Below are positions 29,392 through 39,207 of a DNA stretch of 64,000 nt, one piece after another. This stretch comes from Candidatus Latescibacterota bacterium (lineage in GTDB: Bacteria; Latescibacterota; UBA2968; UBA8231). A model generated the notes under the pieces. The model did not search any database and had not been told where the DNA came from. It saw only the letters and a program-made list of their open reading frames with translations. The stretch covers positions 992,001 to 1,056,000 of the forward strand of contig OY730476.1 of the NCBI GenBank assembly GCA_963422735.1. The letters are read 5' to 3'. Position 1 is the first letter of the stretch. Every line of letters starts with the position of its first letter. The translations under genes and the position numbers were made by a program.

Positions 29392-30579
29392 TCAACCCGC
29401 GGCCTCGCTGTGCGAGGGCAAGCCGCAAAACTGCTCGTAGTCAATCAGCTCGGTGACGGTCGGGCTGTCGCCGCACACCGGGCACTCGCTGTCGCGCCGG
29501 AGCTTGAGTTCGCGGAATTTCATCTCCATCGCGTCGTAGAGCATCACCCTTCCCATCAAGGAGGTGCCCTGTCCCAACAGCAGCTTGACGACCTCGGTGG
29601 CCTGCATCAGCCCGATGATGCCAGGCAGGACCCCTAAGACCCCACCCTCGGCGCAGCTAGGCACCTCCCCGGGCGGCGGCGGCTCGGGATAGAGGCAGCG
29701 ATAACACGGGCCGTCCCCGGGCACGTACACGGTAGCTTGGCCCTCAAAACGAAAAATGCTGCCGTCAACCACGGGCTTTTTCTGCATTACGGCCGCATCG
29801 TTGACCAAATAGCGGGTCGGAAAGTTGTCGCAGCCATTGACCGCGATGTCGTAGCCATCCATGATCTCGAAAATGTTGTGCGACGTTAGCAGTTCGTAGT
29901 GCGCGTGTATCTCGATGCCGGGGTTGATGTCGAGCAACCGGTCGCGGGCGGCCTCGACCTTGGGCCGGCCGAGATCGGACTCTCCGAAAAGCACTTGCCG
30001 CTGCAAGTTGCTCTTATCGACGACATCGGCATCTACCAAGCCGATCTTGCCGACGCCGGCCGCGGCCAAGTACAGGGCCGTCGGACAACCCAAGCCGCCT
30101 GCCCCTACCAGCAATACCCGGCCCTTGAGCAACTGCTGCTGCCCCTTCTCTCCGACTTCGGGCAGGATGAGATGCCGAGCGTAGCGCTGCAAGTCCTCTT
30201 CGGAGAGCAGGCCACCCTGCTCGATGGCATAGCCAGCGTCCTTCCAGCCTTTGAAACCGCCGATCATGGACTTGGCATTGGTGTAGCCCATAAAGGCCAA
30301 ATCGCGCACGGCCAAGGCCGAGCGGTTGCCCCCAGCGCAATAGAGCACGATTTGCGCGTCGCGGTCTACGGTCACGTCTTCTTCGATGTTGAGCTCCAAA
30401 AAACCGCGTGGGATCAACTCGGCCCCGGGGATATAGCCGTCCATGACCTCTTCCCGCTCGCGCACATCTACGATGTGAACTGGCCGGCCGGCTTGGCGGG
30501 CCCCTTGGACTTCAGCCGGGGTCACTTCGGCGATTTCGGCCTTTACCCTCTCTAGTAGCTGATTGGATGTAACAGTCAT
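29392..30579 (-). CDS. moeB: Rhodanese-MoeB/ThiF E1-like adenylyltransferase fusion
   Basis: N-terminal rhodanese (YCAGGNRS), then RYARHL, GAGGLG, SNLQRQ, CYRC and CPVC. Confidence 0.92.
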   Translation of the reverse strand: MTVTSNQLLERVKAEIAEVTPAEVQGARQAGRPVHIVDVREREEVMDGYIPGAELIPRGFLELNIEEDVTVDRDAQIVLYCAGGNRSALAVRDLAFMGYTNAKSMIGGFKGWKDAGYAIEQGGLLSEEDLQRYARHLILPEVGEKGQQQLLKGRVLLVGAGGLGCPTALYLAAAGVGKIGLVDADVVDKSNLQRQVLFGESDLGRPKVEAARDRLLDINPGIEIHAHYELLTSHNIFEIMDGYDIAVNGCDNFPTRYLVNDAAVMQKKPVVDGSIFRFEGQATVYVPGDGPCYRCLYPEPPPPGEVPSCAEGGVLGVLPGIIGLMQATEVVKLLLGQGTSLMGRVMLYDAMEMKFRELKLRRDSECPVCGDSPTVTELIDYEQFCGLPSHSEAAG

Positions 30580-31748
30580 ACTCTCTCCTCAATTGCTAAT
30601 GCACAAGCGCGCAAGCACTCGACCTGCGCGACTGTGCAGTCGATGGCAAACTCTACTTCTGCCATAGTATTAAAACGCCCCAACCCAAAGCGCAGGGAAG
30701 CCCGGGCCAAATCGTCGCTTGCGCCGAGGGCTCTGAGGACGTGTGAGGGCGCACTCGTCCGCGATGAACAGGCTGCGCCCGAAGACAGCGCGATCTCGCG
30801 CAATCCCAAGAGTAGTTCGGTTCCGTCAACCCCGGAGAAACTCACGTTGAGGTTGCCCGGCAGGCGCTCTTCCGCGTGGCCGTTGACGACCAAGGGGCCA
30901 AGCGCGTCCTCCAGCCCGGCACATAGCCGCCGCCGCATCTGCACCAACCGCGCCGCTTCCGTGAGCATCTCCTCGCGCCCCAACTGACAAGCGCGTCCTA
31001 AACCGACGATGCCCGGCACATTGAGGGTGCCGCCACGTAGGCCGCGCTCCTGCCCGCCGCCCTCGACTTGAGCCTGCAAGCGCACACGCGGCTTGCGCGA
31101 GCGCACGTAGAGAAAACCGACGCCTTTAGGGGCATAGAGCTTGTGGCCGGAGGCCGAGAGTAGGTCGATGCCGTGCGCTTCCACATCGAGCGGCACCTTG
31201 CCGACGGCTTGGGCTGCGTCGCAGTGCCACAAGACGCCGTGCTCGCGAGCCAGCCGCCCAATCGCCGCCAGCGGCTGCAAGACCCCAATCTCGTTGTTAG
31301 CGGCCATGAGCGAGATGAGGACCGTCCGCTGAGTGATTGCCGCCGCGAGCTGGTCAATGTCGATCTGGCCGTCGCGGTCCACGGGCAAATAAGTTACCTC
31401 CACCCCTTGCTTTTCCAAGGTGTGGCAACACTCCAAGACGGCTTTGTGCTCAATGGCACAGGTGACGATGTGCGCTCCAGGGGGTGCCATCTGCACCACG
31501 CCTTTTATGGCCAAATTGTTGGCCTCTGTAGCTCCGGCCGTAAAGACGATCTCCTGCGCACGCGCACCGATCAATCCGGCAACCTCTTCCCGCGCCCTCT
31601 CGACGGCGGCGGCGGCTGCCAAACCAAAGGCGTGGGTCTTGCTGGTCGCATTGCCGAAGTGAGTGCCGAAGTACGGCAACATGTCCGCTAAGACGCGCGG
31701 GTCAACCGGCGTGGTGGCCATGTTGTCCATATAGACTGGAATTTGCAC
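30576..31748 (-). CDS. iscS: Group I cysteine desulfurase
   Basis: YMDNMATTP, GATEANN, SGHKLYAPKG and SSGAACSS. Confidence 0.92.
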   Translation of the reverse strand: MQIPVYMDNMATTPVDPRVLADMLPYFGTHFGNATSKTHAFGLAAAAAVERAREEVAGLIGARAQEIVFTAGATEANNLAIKGVVQMAPPGAHIVTCAIEHKAVLECCHTLEKQGVEVTYLPVDRDGQIDIDQLAAAITQRTVLISLMAANNEIGVLQPLAAIGRLAREHGVLWHCDAAQAVGKVPLDVEAHGIDLLSASGHKLYAPKGVGFLYVRSRKPRVRLQAQVEGGGQERGLRGGTLNVPGIVGLGRACQLGREEMLTEAARLVQMRRRLCAGLEDALGPLVVNGHAEERLPGNLNVSFSGVDGTELLLGLREIALSSGAACSSRTSAPSHVLRALGASDDLARASLRFGLGRFNTMAEVEFAIDCTVAQVECLRACALAIEERV

Positions 31749-31758
31749 GGCCCGTCGA

Positions 31759-32082
31759 TCAGGCACTGAAGGACTCACCACATCCGCAGGTGGTGCGGGC
31801 GTTGGGGTTTTCGATCTTAAAGCCCGCCCCCATCAGCCCGTCGTGGTAATCGAGCGTCACGCCGCTGAGGTAGAGACCGCTCTTCATGTCGATGAAGACC
31901 TTGACGCCGGCGATCTCAAAGACGTGGTCCATGTCGCCGGCACTTTCCTCAAAATCCAGCTTGTACTGGAACCCCGAACATCCTCCACCCATCACGCCCA
32001 CGCGCAGCCCGTGCCCCTCGTTGCTCTGTTCGCCGAGCAAATCCCTGATCTTCTCGGCCGCAGCTTCCGTGATAGTTACCAT
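31759..32082 (-). CDS. iscA: A-type Fe-S carrier (IscA/ErpA/HesB)
   Basis: GGCSG and CGCGESF motifs. Confidence 0.92.
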   Translation of the reverse strand: MVTITEAAAEKIRDLLGEQSNEGHGLRVGVMGGGCSGFQYKLDFEESAGDMDHVFEIAGVKVFIDMKSGLYLSGVTLDYHDGLMGAGFKIENPNARTTCGCGESFSA

Positions 32083-32094
32083 AATTGCATTCCC

Positions 32095-32556
32095 TCAAGA
32101 TTCGTAAATGGCGCATTCGATGAGATCGGGAACCTCGTCGTGCTTTCGATAGACCTCGCAGCGGTGGCAATCCCGCTCTACGACCTTGACCGTACAACAA
32201 AAACAGCCACTGAGAATCTCAATGGCCCGCCGATTCCGCTCCTTCATAAGCGAATACTGGCGAATACGCGCGTCGATTCGGCGCTCTTGCTCGGTTAGAT
32301 GCGCGACGAGTTCGCGCGCCAAGCTGCCCCCCGACTCGTTGCAGTGCTTCAGGTTGAAGAACGCACGGATGTGCTCCAGGTCGAACCCCAAATCCTTAAG
32401 GCTCTGGACGATTTGCAAGCGGCGCAATTGCGCTTCCGAATACAGGCGAAACCCGCCTGCGGTACGCTCCTCTGGCTCGACGATTCCCAATTCTTCATAG
32501 TAGCGAATCGTGCGCGGCGTAACCCCGGCCTTGGCGGCCAAATCCCCTATTTGCAT
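32095..32556 (-). CDS. MerR family regulator with a Cys-rich C-terminus
   Basis: MQIGDLA...TIRYYEELGI...GGFRLY HTH; C-terminal CFCC-x8-CHRC-x14-C. Confidence 0.92.
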   Translation of the reverse strand: MQIGDLAAKAGVTPRTIRYYEELGIVEPEERTAGGFRLYSEAQLRRLQIVQSLKDLGFDLEHIRAFFNLKHCNESGGSLARELVAHLTEQERRIDARIRQYSLMKERNRRAIEILSGCFCCTVKVVERDCHRCEVYRKHDEVPDLIECAIYES

Positions 32557-32589
32557 GGAGACATCCCTCGCTGCAAGGTTCTGGCAAGC

Positions 32590-32618
32590 AATGTACTTGA
32601 CGTGAACGTAAGTGTCAA
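32590..32618 (-). promoter_or_regulatory. Sigma70 promoter with a MerR-type (LiuR-box-like) palindromic operator as spacer
   Basis: TTGACA-CTTACGTTCACGTCAAG-TACATT; the 17-nt spacer is an imperfect palindrome. Confidence 0.8.
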
Positions 32619-32649
32619 TGAACCGACCAGACAGATTTGCTATTTTATA

Positions 32650-32898
32650 ATGTTTAAGCCAACATCTCCGAAAGAGCGAGTATCCCTCACCTACGCACTC
32701 GCCGCCGGCCTGCGCGTGTACAACGCCCTCGGCCAAGCCGTGTGCATCCTTTTGCGCCAGCATCGGGAAGCGGGGACGCATCAGATTCATTGGGATGGAA
32801 AGGACGATCGGGGACAGCCGTTGTCCAGCGGCACCTACTTATTTACCATGCGCACCGGCTCGGCCCGCCAGGCGACGAAGATGTTACTCCTGCGCTGA
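32650..32898 (+). CDS. Stand-alone FlgD-Ig / T9SS-CTD-like domain (possible remnant)
   Basis: LRVYNALGQAV...AGTHQIHWDGKDDRGQPLSSGTYL...KMLLLR. Confidence 0.6.
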   Translation: MFKPTSPKERVSLTYALAAGLRVYNALGQAVCILLRQHREAGTHQIHWDGKDDRGQPLSSGTYLFTMRTGSARQATKMLLLR

Positions 32899-33837
32899 TT
32901 CTACTGACTCGATAAACCCATCGACGCTGAAATAGCGAAACCCAGTATCGCAGAGCATGGTCACCAGACGGGCCTCCGGGCCTAGGGCACTGGCCACCTG
33001 CAAACTGGCCGCCACATTGGCCCCGGACGAAGGCCCCAACAGCAACCCTTCCTCACGGGCCAAGCGGCGGGTGTAGTGAAAGGCCTCGTCGTCGTCTATT
33101 TGCACGATCTGGTCGATCAATTCCCGGTCGAGGACTTCGGGAACAAAACCCGCGCCAATCCCCTGAATGCCGTGCAAGCCGGCTGCACCCCCCGAAAGCA
33201 CGGGCGAGCACTTAGGCTCGACGGCCACTACGCGCACATCCGGCACAGCTTGCTTGAGCACCTCCCCAACGCCGGTTATGGTGCCGCCAGTTCCCACTCC
33301 GGCGACAAAGGCGTCTAGCTCACCCCCGGTGGCCGAGAGAATCTCCTCGGCCGTGGCCCGGCGATGGGCCTCTGGGTTGGCTGGGTTAGCAAACTGCTGG
33401 GGAATAAACACGCCTTCGGGATCTTCGGCCTTGAGATCTTCGGCCTTGCGGATGGCCCCGGGCATGTCTTCGTCCCTAGGCGTTAGCTCGATCTCCGCGC
33501 CGTAACTGGCCATGACCTGCCGCCGCTCCAAGCTCATGCTCTCGGGCATGGTCAGCACCAGCCGGTAGCCCAGTACTGCCGCGGCGAGAGCCAGCGCAAT
33601 TCCGGTGTTGCCGCTGGTAGGCTCGACGATGGTCATGCCCTTTTTGAGCTGGCCGGCCGCCTCGGCGGCGCGGATCATGCTGACGCCGATGCGGTCTTTG
33701 ACGCTGCCGGTTGGGTTGCGCGCTTCGAGTTTGCCGTAGAGCTGGCTGCCGTTGGCGGGCACGACGCGGTAGAGGCGTACGAGGGGCGTGTCCCCCACCA
33801 ACTGCAAAATGTCGTCTGCGGTCTTGCGCTTGCTCAT
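32884..33837 (-). CDS. cysK: Cysteine synthase A
   Basis: [24 protein letters not shown] and IQGIGAG. Confidence 0.95.
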   Translation of the reverse strand: MSKRKTADDILQLVGDTPLVRLYRVVPANGSQLYGKLEARNPTGSVKDRIGVSMIRAAEAAGQLKKGMTIVEPTSGNTGIALALAAAVLGYRLVLTMPESMSLERRQVMASYGAEIELTPRDEDMPGAIRKAEDLKAEDPEGVFIPQQFANPANPEAHRRATAEEILSATGGELDAFVAGVGTGGTITGVGEVLKQAVPDVRVVAVEPKCSPVLSGGAAGLHGIQGIGAGFVPEVLDRELIDQIVQIDDDEAFHYTRRLAREEGLLLGPSSGANVAASLQVASALGPEARLVTMLCDTGFRYFSVDGFIESVESAQE

Positions 33838-35894
33838 CCTTCGGCCTTCAACTGCTTCACCAAGTCCGCGGCCGTAGTTAGCGGCCGTGAGCAGGTCGCG
33901 TCGCGGCACACGTACGCCCGACCGCCAACCGCCAGCTTTCCCTCCAGCAGCGGCAGTGCGACCGCGGCTTCATCCACCCCAAGGCCAGCACCCAACACGA
34001 CCTTATTGGGCGCAAAGCACCGGTGCAGCGCGGCTGCAAAAGCCCAGCACTCAGCTTGGTTCCCCACCAAGACGACCTCCGTGGGTCTCGCCAAGTAGAA
34101 GTCGAGGGCGCAGAGCATCTGCGCTCCAGCGGAAGGAGCGCGGCGCAATAGCTGATCGAAGAGGGCGAGAGTCTGCTCGCCCTGCTGCCACAACGCTTGG
34201 TCGCCTTTCATCGCCCCCAAGCGCAAAAGTGCCAAAGCCCCCAGCGAGTTGCCCGAGGGCGTGGCGTTGTCAAACGGGTTCTTGGTGCGCACGATCAAGT
34301 CGGTCGCCTCGGCCGCCGCATAGAAAAATCCCCCGTGCTCTCCATCCCAAAACCGCGCTACCATCTCGGCGGCCCAATGCTCGGCCGCCGTAAAAAAGCG
34401 CAGTTCAAAGCTCGCCTCATACAGGTCGAGCAGGCCGTTGACCAGACAGGCGTAGTCGTCCTGATAGGCCGGAATTCGCGCCCGACCGTCCTTGTAGGTG
34501 TGCAAAAGCCGGCCGTCGTAGACCATGCGCTCCAAGATGAAGTCGGCCGCCTCGACAGCCGCTCGCAGGTAGCGACTTTCCCCAATAACCTGATAGGCGC
34601 GGGCCATCGCGCTGATCATTAGCCCGTTCCAAGCCGTCAGAATTTTGTCGTCGCGCCCGGGGGCAACGCGCTGTTGCCGCGCCGCAAGCAGCACTGCACA
34701 TCCGCACTCTACTACTTGAGCCAGCCGCTCCGGCTCTACCTCGAGGAAGCGTGCAACCCCCTCTAGCTCGTCTTCCACGTGCAAAATATTTCGCCCGTAC
34801 TCGAAGTTGCCCTCGGGCACAACGCCGTAATAGCGGGCAAAGAGCGCGGCATCTTCTTCGCCCAGCAGGACTTCAATCTCTTCTAGCGGCCAAGTAAAAA
34901 ACCGGCCTTCTTCGCCCTCGCTGTCCGCGTCCTGCGCCGCGTAGAAGCCGCCTGCGGGCTGCGTCATCTCGCGCAGTACATAGCCGAGGGTGTGCTCGAC
35001 GACCTCGCGGTAGAATTCGTCTTGAGTCGCCTGATAGGCTTCGAGATAGGTCCACACCAGCAAGGCGTTGTCGTAGAGCATTTTCTCGAAGTGAGGTACT
35101 AGCCAGCGCTCATCCACCGAGTAGCGGTGAAAACCCCCTCCAAGCTGATCGTACATCCCCCCTCTAGCCATGCGCTTGAGCGTGTACTCAGCGATTTCCA
35201 GCGCACGCTGGTCGCCTCGTCTAACATAGCACCGCAACAGCAGGGACAAGCTCATACTCGGCGGAAATTTGGGCGCGTCGCCAAACCCTCCGTACCTGCG
35301 GTCATACGTGGATTTGAGCTGCTGACAGGCCCCGTTGAGGACCTCTTCTCCGGGGACGCCGCCCGGTGTCAAAAACTGGGCGTGTTGCTGAAGCGCGTGC
35401 ATGAGCTCAACGGTCTTTTCGGCGACTCCGGCGCGGTTTTCCCGGTAGTAATCTGCTATCGCTTGGAGCACCTTCGGAAAACCCGGCCGCCCGTGGCGGT
35501 CTTCGGGTGGGAAGTACGTTCCGCCGTAAAAAGGCTTCAAATCCGGCGTTAGAAACACCGTCATTGGCCAGCCCCCCTGGCCGGTCATCGCCTGCACGGC
35601 CGTCATGTAAATCTCATCGACATCGGGCCGCTCTTCGCGATCGACCTTGATGTTGACAAAGTGCGCGTTCATGCGCTGGGCGATTTGCTCGTCTTCAAAT
35701 GATTCGCGCTCCATGACGTGGCACCAATGACAGGCCGAATACCCCACCGAGAGCAAGATGGGGCGATCGGCGGCCCGAGCTGCGGCCAGCGCCTCCTCGC
35801 CCCAGGGATACCAATCGACGGGATTATGGGCGTGCTGGCGCAAATACGGACTAGATTCGCCGACAAGGCGATTGGTGTGTTTGTGATCGGACAT
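33834..35894 (-). CDS. YyaL/SSP411 thioredoxin-domain protein
   Basis: [21 protein letters not shown] and [12 protein letters not shown]. Confidence 0.94.
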   Translation of the reverse strand: MSDHKHTNRLVGESSPYLRQHAHNPVDWYPWGEEALAAARAADRPILLSVGYSACHWCHVMERESFEDEQIAQRMNAHFVNIKVDREERPDVDEIYMTAVQAMTGQGGWPMTVFLTPDLKPFYGGTYFPPEDRHGRPGFPKVLQAIADYYRENRAGVAEKTVELMHALQQHAQFLTPGGVPGEEVLNGACQQLKSTYDRRYGGFGDAPKFPPSMSLSLLLRCYVRRGDQRALEIAEYTLKRMARGGMYDQLGGGFHRYSVDERWLVPHFEKMLYDNALLVWTYLEAYQATQDEFYREVVEHTLGYVLREMTQPAGGFYAAQDADSEGEEGRFFTWPLEEIEVLLGEEDAALFARYYGVVPEGNFEYGRNILHVEDELEGVARFLEVEPERLAQVVECGCAVLLAARQQRVAPGRDDKILTAWNGLMISAMARAYQVIGESRYLRAAVEAADFILERMVYDGRLLHTYKDGRARIPAYQDDYACLVNGLLDLYEASFELRFFTAAEHWAAEMVARFWDGEHGGFFYAAAEATDLIVRTKNPFDNATPSGNSLGALALLRLGAMKGDQALWQQGEQTLALFDQLLRRAPSAGAQMLCALDFYLARPTEVVLVGNQAECWAFAAALHRCFAPNKVVLGAGLGVDEAAVALPLLEGKLAVGGRAYVCRDATCSRPLTTAADLVKQLKAEG

Positions 35895-35935
35895 GATTTA
35901 TTGATAATACGATTCTATGGCCGTTGGCGATAGAG

Positions 35936-36744
35936 TTACGCAGGAACGAATGACCTAGGTACTTGCCTGTAGATAGTCTTCATAGATCGCCGACGATGGC
36001 GCGGAAGCCGCTCCGCCTCAGCGCGAAATTTCGCACTTTCGCGGTGGCAGTGTAGCTCCCGATAGCACCTTTCGAGGGCATCCTGATAGGCCGAGGGCAA
36101 GGCTGCAATCTGCAACGCGCGCATCTCGCCAAAGCTGATATTCGGCGTACCCACTCCGTTGGCGTAGGCGGCGATCTGCTCGCGGCCCAGCCGAGTCTTT
36201 AAAAAAACCAAGCGTAAAACGGATTGAGCCCCTCCAACCGAATCAGATCGACAAAACAGCACACATTGGCCGGCCCGCTCCCCCAATATACAGCGAGGCG
36301 ATTCCGGCCCAAGGCCCCGGGGCGTACGCTCGTAGAGACCGGTTTCGGCGATGTCGCCCTGCCGGACGACCGGCACTCCGGCCTCTACGTGCTGAGGACG
36401 GCTGCCCGTGACAATCGGCCCGTACGTCAAATGGCAGATGTACTCCCCCAAACGGGACCAGTCGCAAGCGGCCTGCCATGCGATGCACAACTGTGCGCCC
36501 TTGCCAGAAGCGCGAATCCCAACGCCGGGCGCACAGCGCGCACGGCCCCCGGCCCCCGGCGGGCTGGCGCGCCGAGCAAGATCTGGGTGGCTCCACGCTC
36601 GGCCTCTTCCCGATCGGCGCGATCAGCCGCACCTCAGTACGCGTTAGCAACCAATCGCGTGCACACGGCGTCCCACGCCAGCCGCGCAACCGCTGTGGGC
36701 GTAAGGTGCTGGGCTAGGGTTTTTGCGTTTCCCCCGTTACTCAT
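35936..36744 (-). pseudogene. Heavily deleted N6-MTase/specificity-subunit (type I/IIG R-M) remnant
   Basis: 5' KTLAQHLTPTAVA resembles the GQxxTP motif X; 3' FLKTRLGREQI...GVGTPNISFGEMRALQI resembles an HsdS TRD core; stop and frameshift between them. Confidence 0.6.
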
Positions 36745-36843
36745 CAGTGTATCCCATTTGGGGCAATGGCCGCTTATTGCGGCGCGTCAAACAACCTATA
36801 TAACAAATTGCCAAACAAACCATTGGGCGCACAGGCGGCTCGC

Positions 36844-36859
36844 TGGCACACTTTCTGCT
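36844..36859 (+). promoter_or_regulatory. Putative sigma54 (-24/-12) promoter of ssb
   Basis: TGGCACACTTTCTGCT: GG-N10-GC, one mismatch to TGGCAC-N5-TTGCW. Confidence 0.65.
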
Positions 36860-36921
36860 AACGCATAGCTACGCGGTCCGCCAACGGACGCCTCACTCAT
36901 TCATCTATCAGGAGGAACTTC

Positions 36922-37308
36922 ATGCCGACCTTAAGGATGCCCAACATCAACCAAGTCGCCCTCAGCGGCCGCTTGGTGCAAGAGCCCGACTTCCGCTTTA
37001 TGGACAACGGTGCCGCCCGCCTGCGAGGACGGATCGCCGTCAACCGCTCCTATCGCGATCGCAATCAAGAATGGCAAGAGGAGACCTCCTTCTTCGACAT
37101 CATCCTCTGGCAGAAAGCCGCCGAGACCTTGGCCGAACGCCTGCACAAGGGCACGCCGGTCTTTATCACCGGCCGTCTGCAAAGCCACTCTTGGCGCGAC
37201 GACGCCGACCAGCCCCGCTTCCGCGTCCAAGTGCAGGTGCGGAACCTGCAAGTTCTAGAAAAAGATGCGGAAGACATGCAGGAAGAAACCGCCCTCCGGG
37301 TGGCTTGA
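36922..37308 (+). CDS. ssb: Single-stranded DNA-binding protein, short paralog without a DxPF tail
   Basis: INQVALSGRL, IAVNR, LHKGTPVFITGRL; AGGAGG RBS. Confidence 0.9.
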   Translation: MPTLRMPNINQVALSGRLVQEPDFRFMDNGAARLRGRIAVNRSYRDRNQEWQEETSFFDIILWQKAAETLAERLHKGTPVFITGRLQSHSWRDDADQPRFRVQVQVRNLQVLEKDAEDMQEETALRVA

Positions 37309-37377
37309 GCAAGGAATGTGCGCGGGCAGGCGGGTGCAGTCGGCGGACGAACGAGACGCGCCGCGCCCGGCCCGCGC

Positions 37378-38559
37378 TTATTCCACTCGCTCGAAGAGGG
37401 CGGCAATGCCCATTCCCCCACCAATGCACAGCGCGGCTATACCCAGCCTGACGCTGCGCTGCTGCATCTGGTGCAAAAGCGTGGTGGCGATGCGCGCGCC
37501 GCTGGCACCGACAGCATGGCCGATAGCAATGGCGCCGCCTTGGACATTGACCTTATCCCAGTCCCAACCCAGCTCCCGTCCCACAGCAAGGCTCTGGGCG
37601 GCGAACGCTTCGTTGAGTTCGATCCGATCTACATCTTCGAGCCGGGTCTCCGTCTGGGCCAACAACTTGTGGATGGCTGGTGCCGGACCGATACCCATAA
37701 TGCGGGGATCAACACCAGCACTGGCCGTTGCCCGGAGATAGGCCAGCGGTACCAGCCCGCGCGCCTTCGCCCCTTCCTCGGTCATCAACAGCAGCGCGGC
37801 GGCCCCATCGTTGATTCCCGAAGCATTGCCCGCGGTCACGGTACCATCTTTTTTAAACGCCGGTTTGAGCTGACTTAGCTGATCGACGGTGGTCCCGGGG
37901 CGTGGATACTCATCTGTTGCAAAGACGGTCTCCCCGCCTTTTTGCGCGATGGCTATGGGCACAATTTGGCCTCTAAATGCCTCCTCCTCTTGGGCACTGG
38001 CCCACCGCTGTTGACTCCGCGCGGCGAATTGGTCCTGCTCGGCGCGGGTAATCCCGTATTCTGCGGCCAAATTTTCGGCCGTAATTCCCATGTGGCAGTC
38101 GTAAAAACAATCCCACAGCCCATCGAGCAGCAGCATGTCCTCAATAGGGCCGTGCCCTAGTCGCTGACCCCACCGCGCCCCGTGCAGGACGTAGGGTGCC
38201 TGACTCATATTCTCCATGCCCCCGGCCAGCACCACCTCGGCTTCGCCGGCCCGCAAGGCTTGCGCAGCCAGCGCAATCGCCTTCAGCCCTGAGCCGCAGA
38301 GCTTGTTGACCGTCATCGACGGCACCTCGTACGGCAGCCTCGCAGCGATGGCCGCTTGGCGCGCTGGATTGGCCCCGGCCCCGCCTTGATAGACCATGCC
38401 CATCAGCACTTCATCTACTTCGCCCGCTTCCACTTGGCTCTCCTCCAATGCAGCGGCGAGCACCTTGCTACCTAGCTCCGCCGCCGTCATGTCTTGCAAC
38501 GCACCGCCAAAGCGGCCCGTGGCCGTGCGCCGCGCGCTGACTACAACTGGATCTGTCAT
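37378..38559 (-). CDS. Acetyl-CoA C-acetyltransferase (thiolase)
   Basis: NKLCGSG, NEAFA, GHAVGASG and LCIGGGMG. Confidence 0.95.
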   Translation of the reverse strand: MTDPVVVSARRTATGRFGGALQDMTAAELGSKVLAAALEESQVEAGEVDEVLMGMVYQGGAGANPARQAAIAARLPYEVPSMTVNKLCGSGLKAIALAAQALRAGEAEVVLAGGMENMSQAPYVLHGARWGQRLGHGPIEDMLLLDGLWDCFYDCHMGITAENLAAEYGITRAEQDQFAARSQQRWASAQEEEAFRGQIVPIAIAQKGGETVFATDEYPRPGTTVDQLSQLKPAFKKDGTVTAGNASGINDGAAALLLMTEEGAKARGLVPLAYLRATASAGVDPRIMGIGPAPAIHKLLAQTETRLEDVDRIELNEAFAAQSLAVGRELGWDWDKVNVQGGAIAIGHAVGASGARIATTLLHQMQQRSVRLGIAALCIGGGMGIAALFERVE

Positions 38560-38588
38560 GTTTTACCTTTCGCTTCTGCGTGACCGCG

Positions 38589-38617
38589 TTGACGCAGTGC
38601 AGCCACTAACTTAATTT
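38589..38617 (+). promoter_or_regulatory. Sigma70 promoter of tRNA-Ala
   Basis: TTGACG-N17-TAATTT. Confidence 0.55.
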
Positions 38618-38633
38618 TTTGCACACCAGATAT

Positions 38634-38709
38634 GGGGCTGTAGCTCAGCTGGGAGAGCGCGGGCTTTGCAAGCCTGAGGTCGTCGGTTCGATCCCGATCA
38701 GCTCCACCA
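38634..38709 (+). tRNA. tRNA-Ala(TGC)
   Basis: GGGGCTG...CAGCTCC-ACCA cloverleaf, anticodon loop TTTGCAA, G3:U70 pair, GTTCGA T-loop. Confidence 0.97.
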
Positions 38710-38806
38710 ATTATCGCGGCGCACACGGGTCAAACATAATTAGTCCGATCCAAATTCGACACCCGCTCGATGGCCGGTCGCAGTTCCGCCGAAAAGCCTG
38801 AGTCCG

Positions 38807-38896
38807 CTACAAAGAGCGATATCCAGCACGGCGATGGTCTATGCGAAAATCCCTAGCACTAGAAGAAGTGAACTGAACAGAATATCGTTCAGCCAT
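38807..38896 (-). pseudogene. RelE/ParE toxin remnant (central deletion)
   Basis: MAERYSVQFTSSSARDFR/IDHRRAGYRSL*: RelE-like N-terminus joined to an HRxxxYR C-terminus; overlaps the antitoxin stop. Confidence 0.65.
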
Positions 38897-39092
38897 CCGT
38901 GCTCCGCTGCCGTTCTATCTCTGTCTCCATTTCCGCTTTCAGTTCTTCCCATGGGATTGTGGGTTCGCCCCGTCTGGCCTCGATAATCATGCCGTCGTAT
39001 ATGTCTTCCCATAACTCGCCCCATCCCTCAAGGTCAACGAGGACCGATTTCGCGTTGCCGCATTCGTCAACTGGGAATTGGATGCTTTTCAT
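38889..39092 (-). CDS. Putative type II antitoxin (addiction module component)
   Basis: 67-aa acidic protein, VDECGNAKSVLV...ARRGEPTIPWEELK, directly upstream of the RelE-like remnant. Confidence 0.7.
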   Translation of the reverse strand: MKSIQFPVDECGNAKSVLVDLEGWGELWEDIYDGMIIEARRGEPTIPWEELKAEMETEIERQRSTDG

Positions 39093-39207
39093 GGTCTGGT
39101 TTTCCTCCCAAGCAATTGCTGGATTTTTCATAAAAAACAAACCTTGCTCGGCCTAAGGGCGAGAGCTTTCCACCCCTCCCCACTTCGCACTTTCTATGGA
39201 GGACAAG

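Noticed and set aside
29392-30579. Rhodanese-E1 fusion as a bacterial ubiquitin-like or defence system
   Set aside because: No E2, JAB or Ubl gene is adjacent; rhodanese-MoeB fusions are common in sulfur relay.
38619-38801. 60-aa ORF over the tRNA
   Set aside because: Spurious translation of tRNA-Ala.
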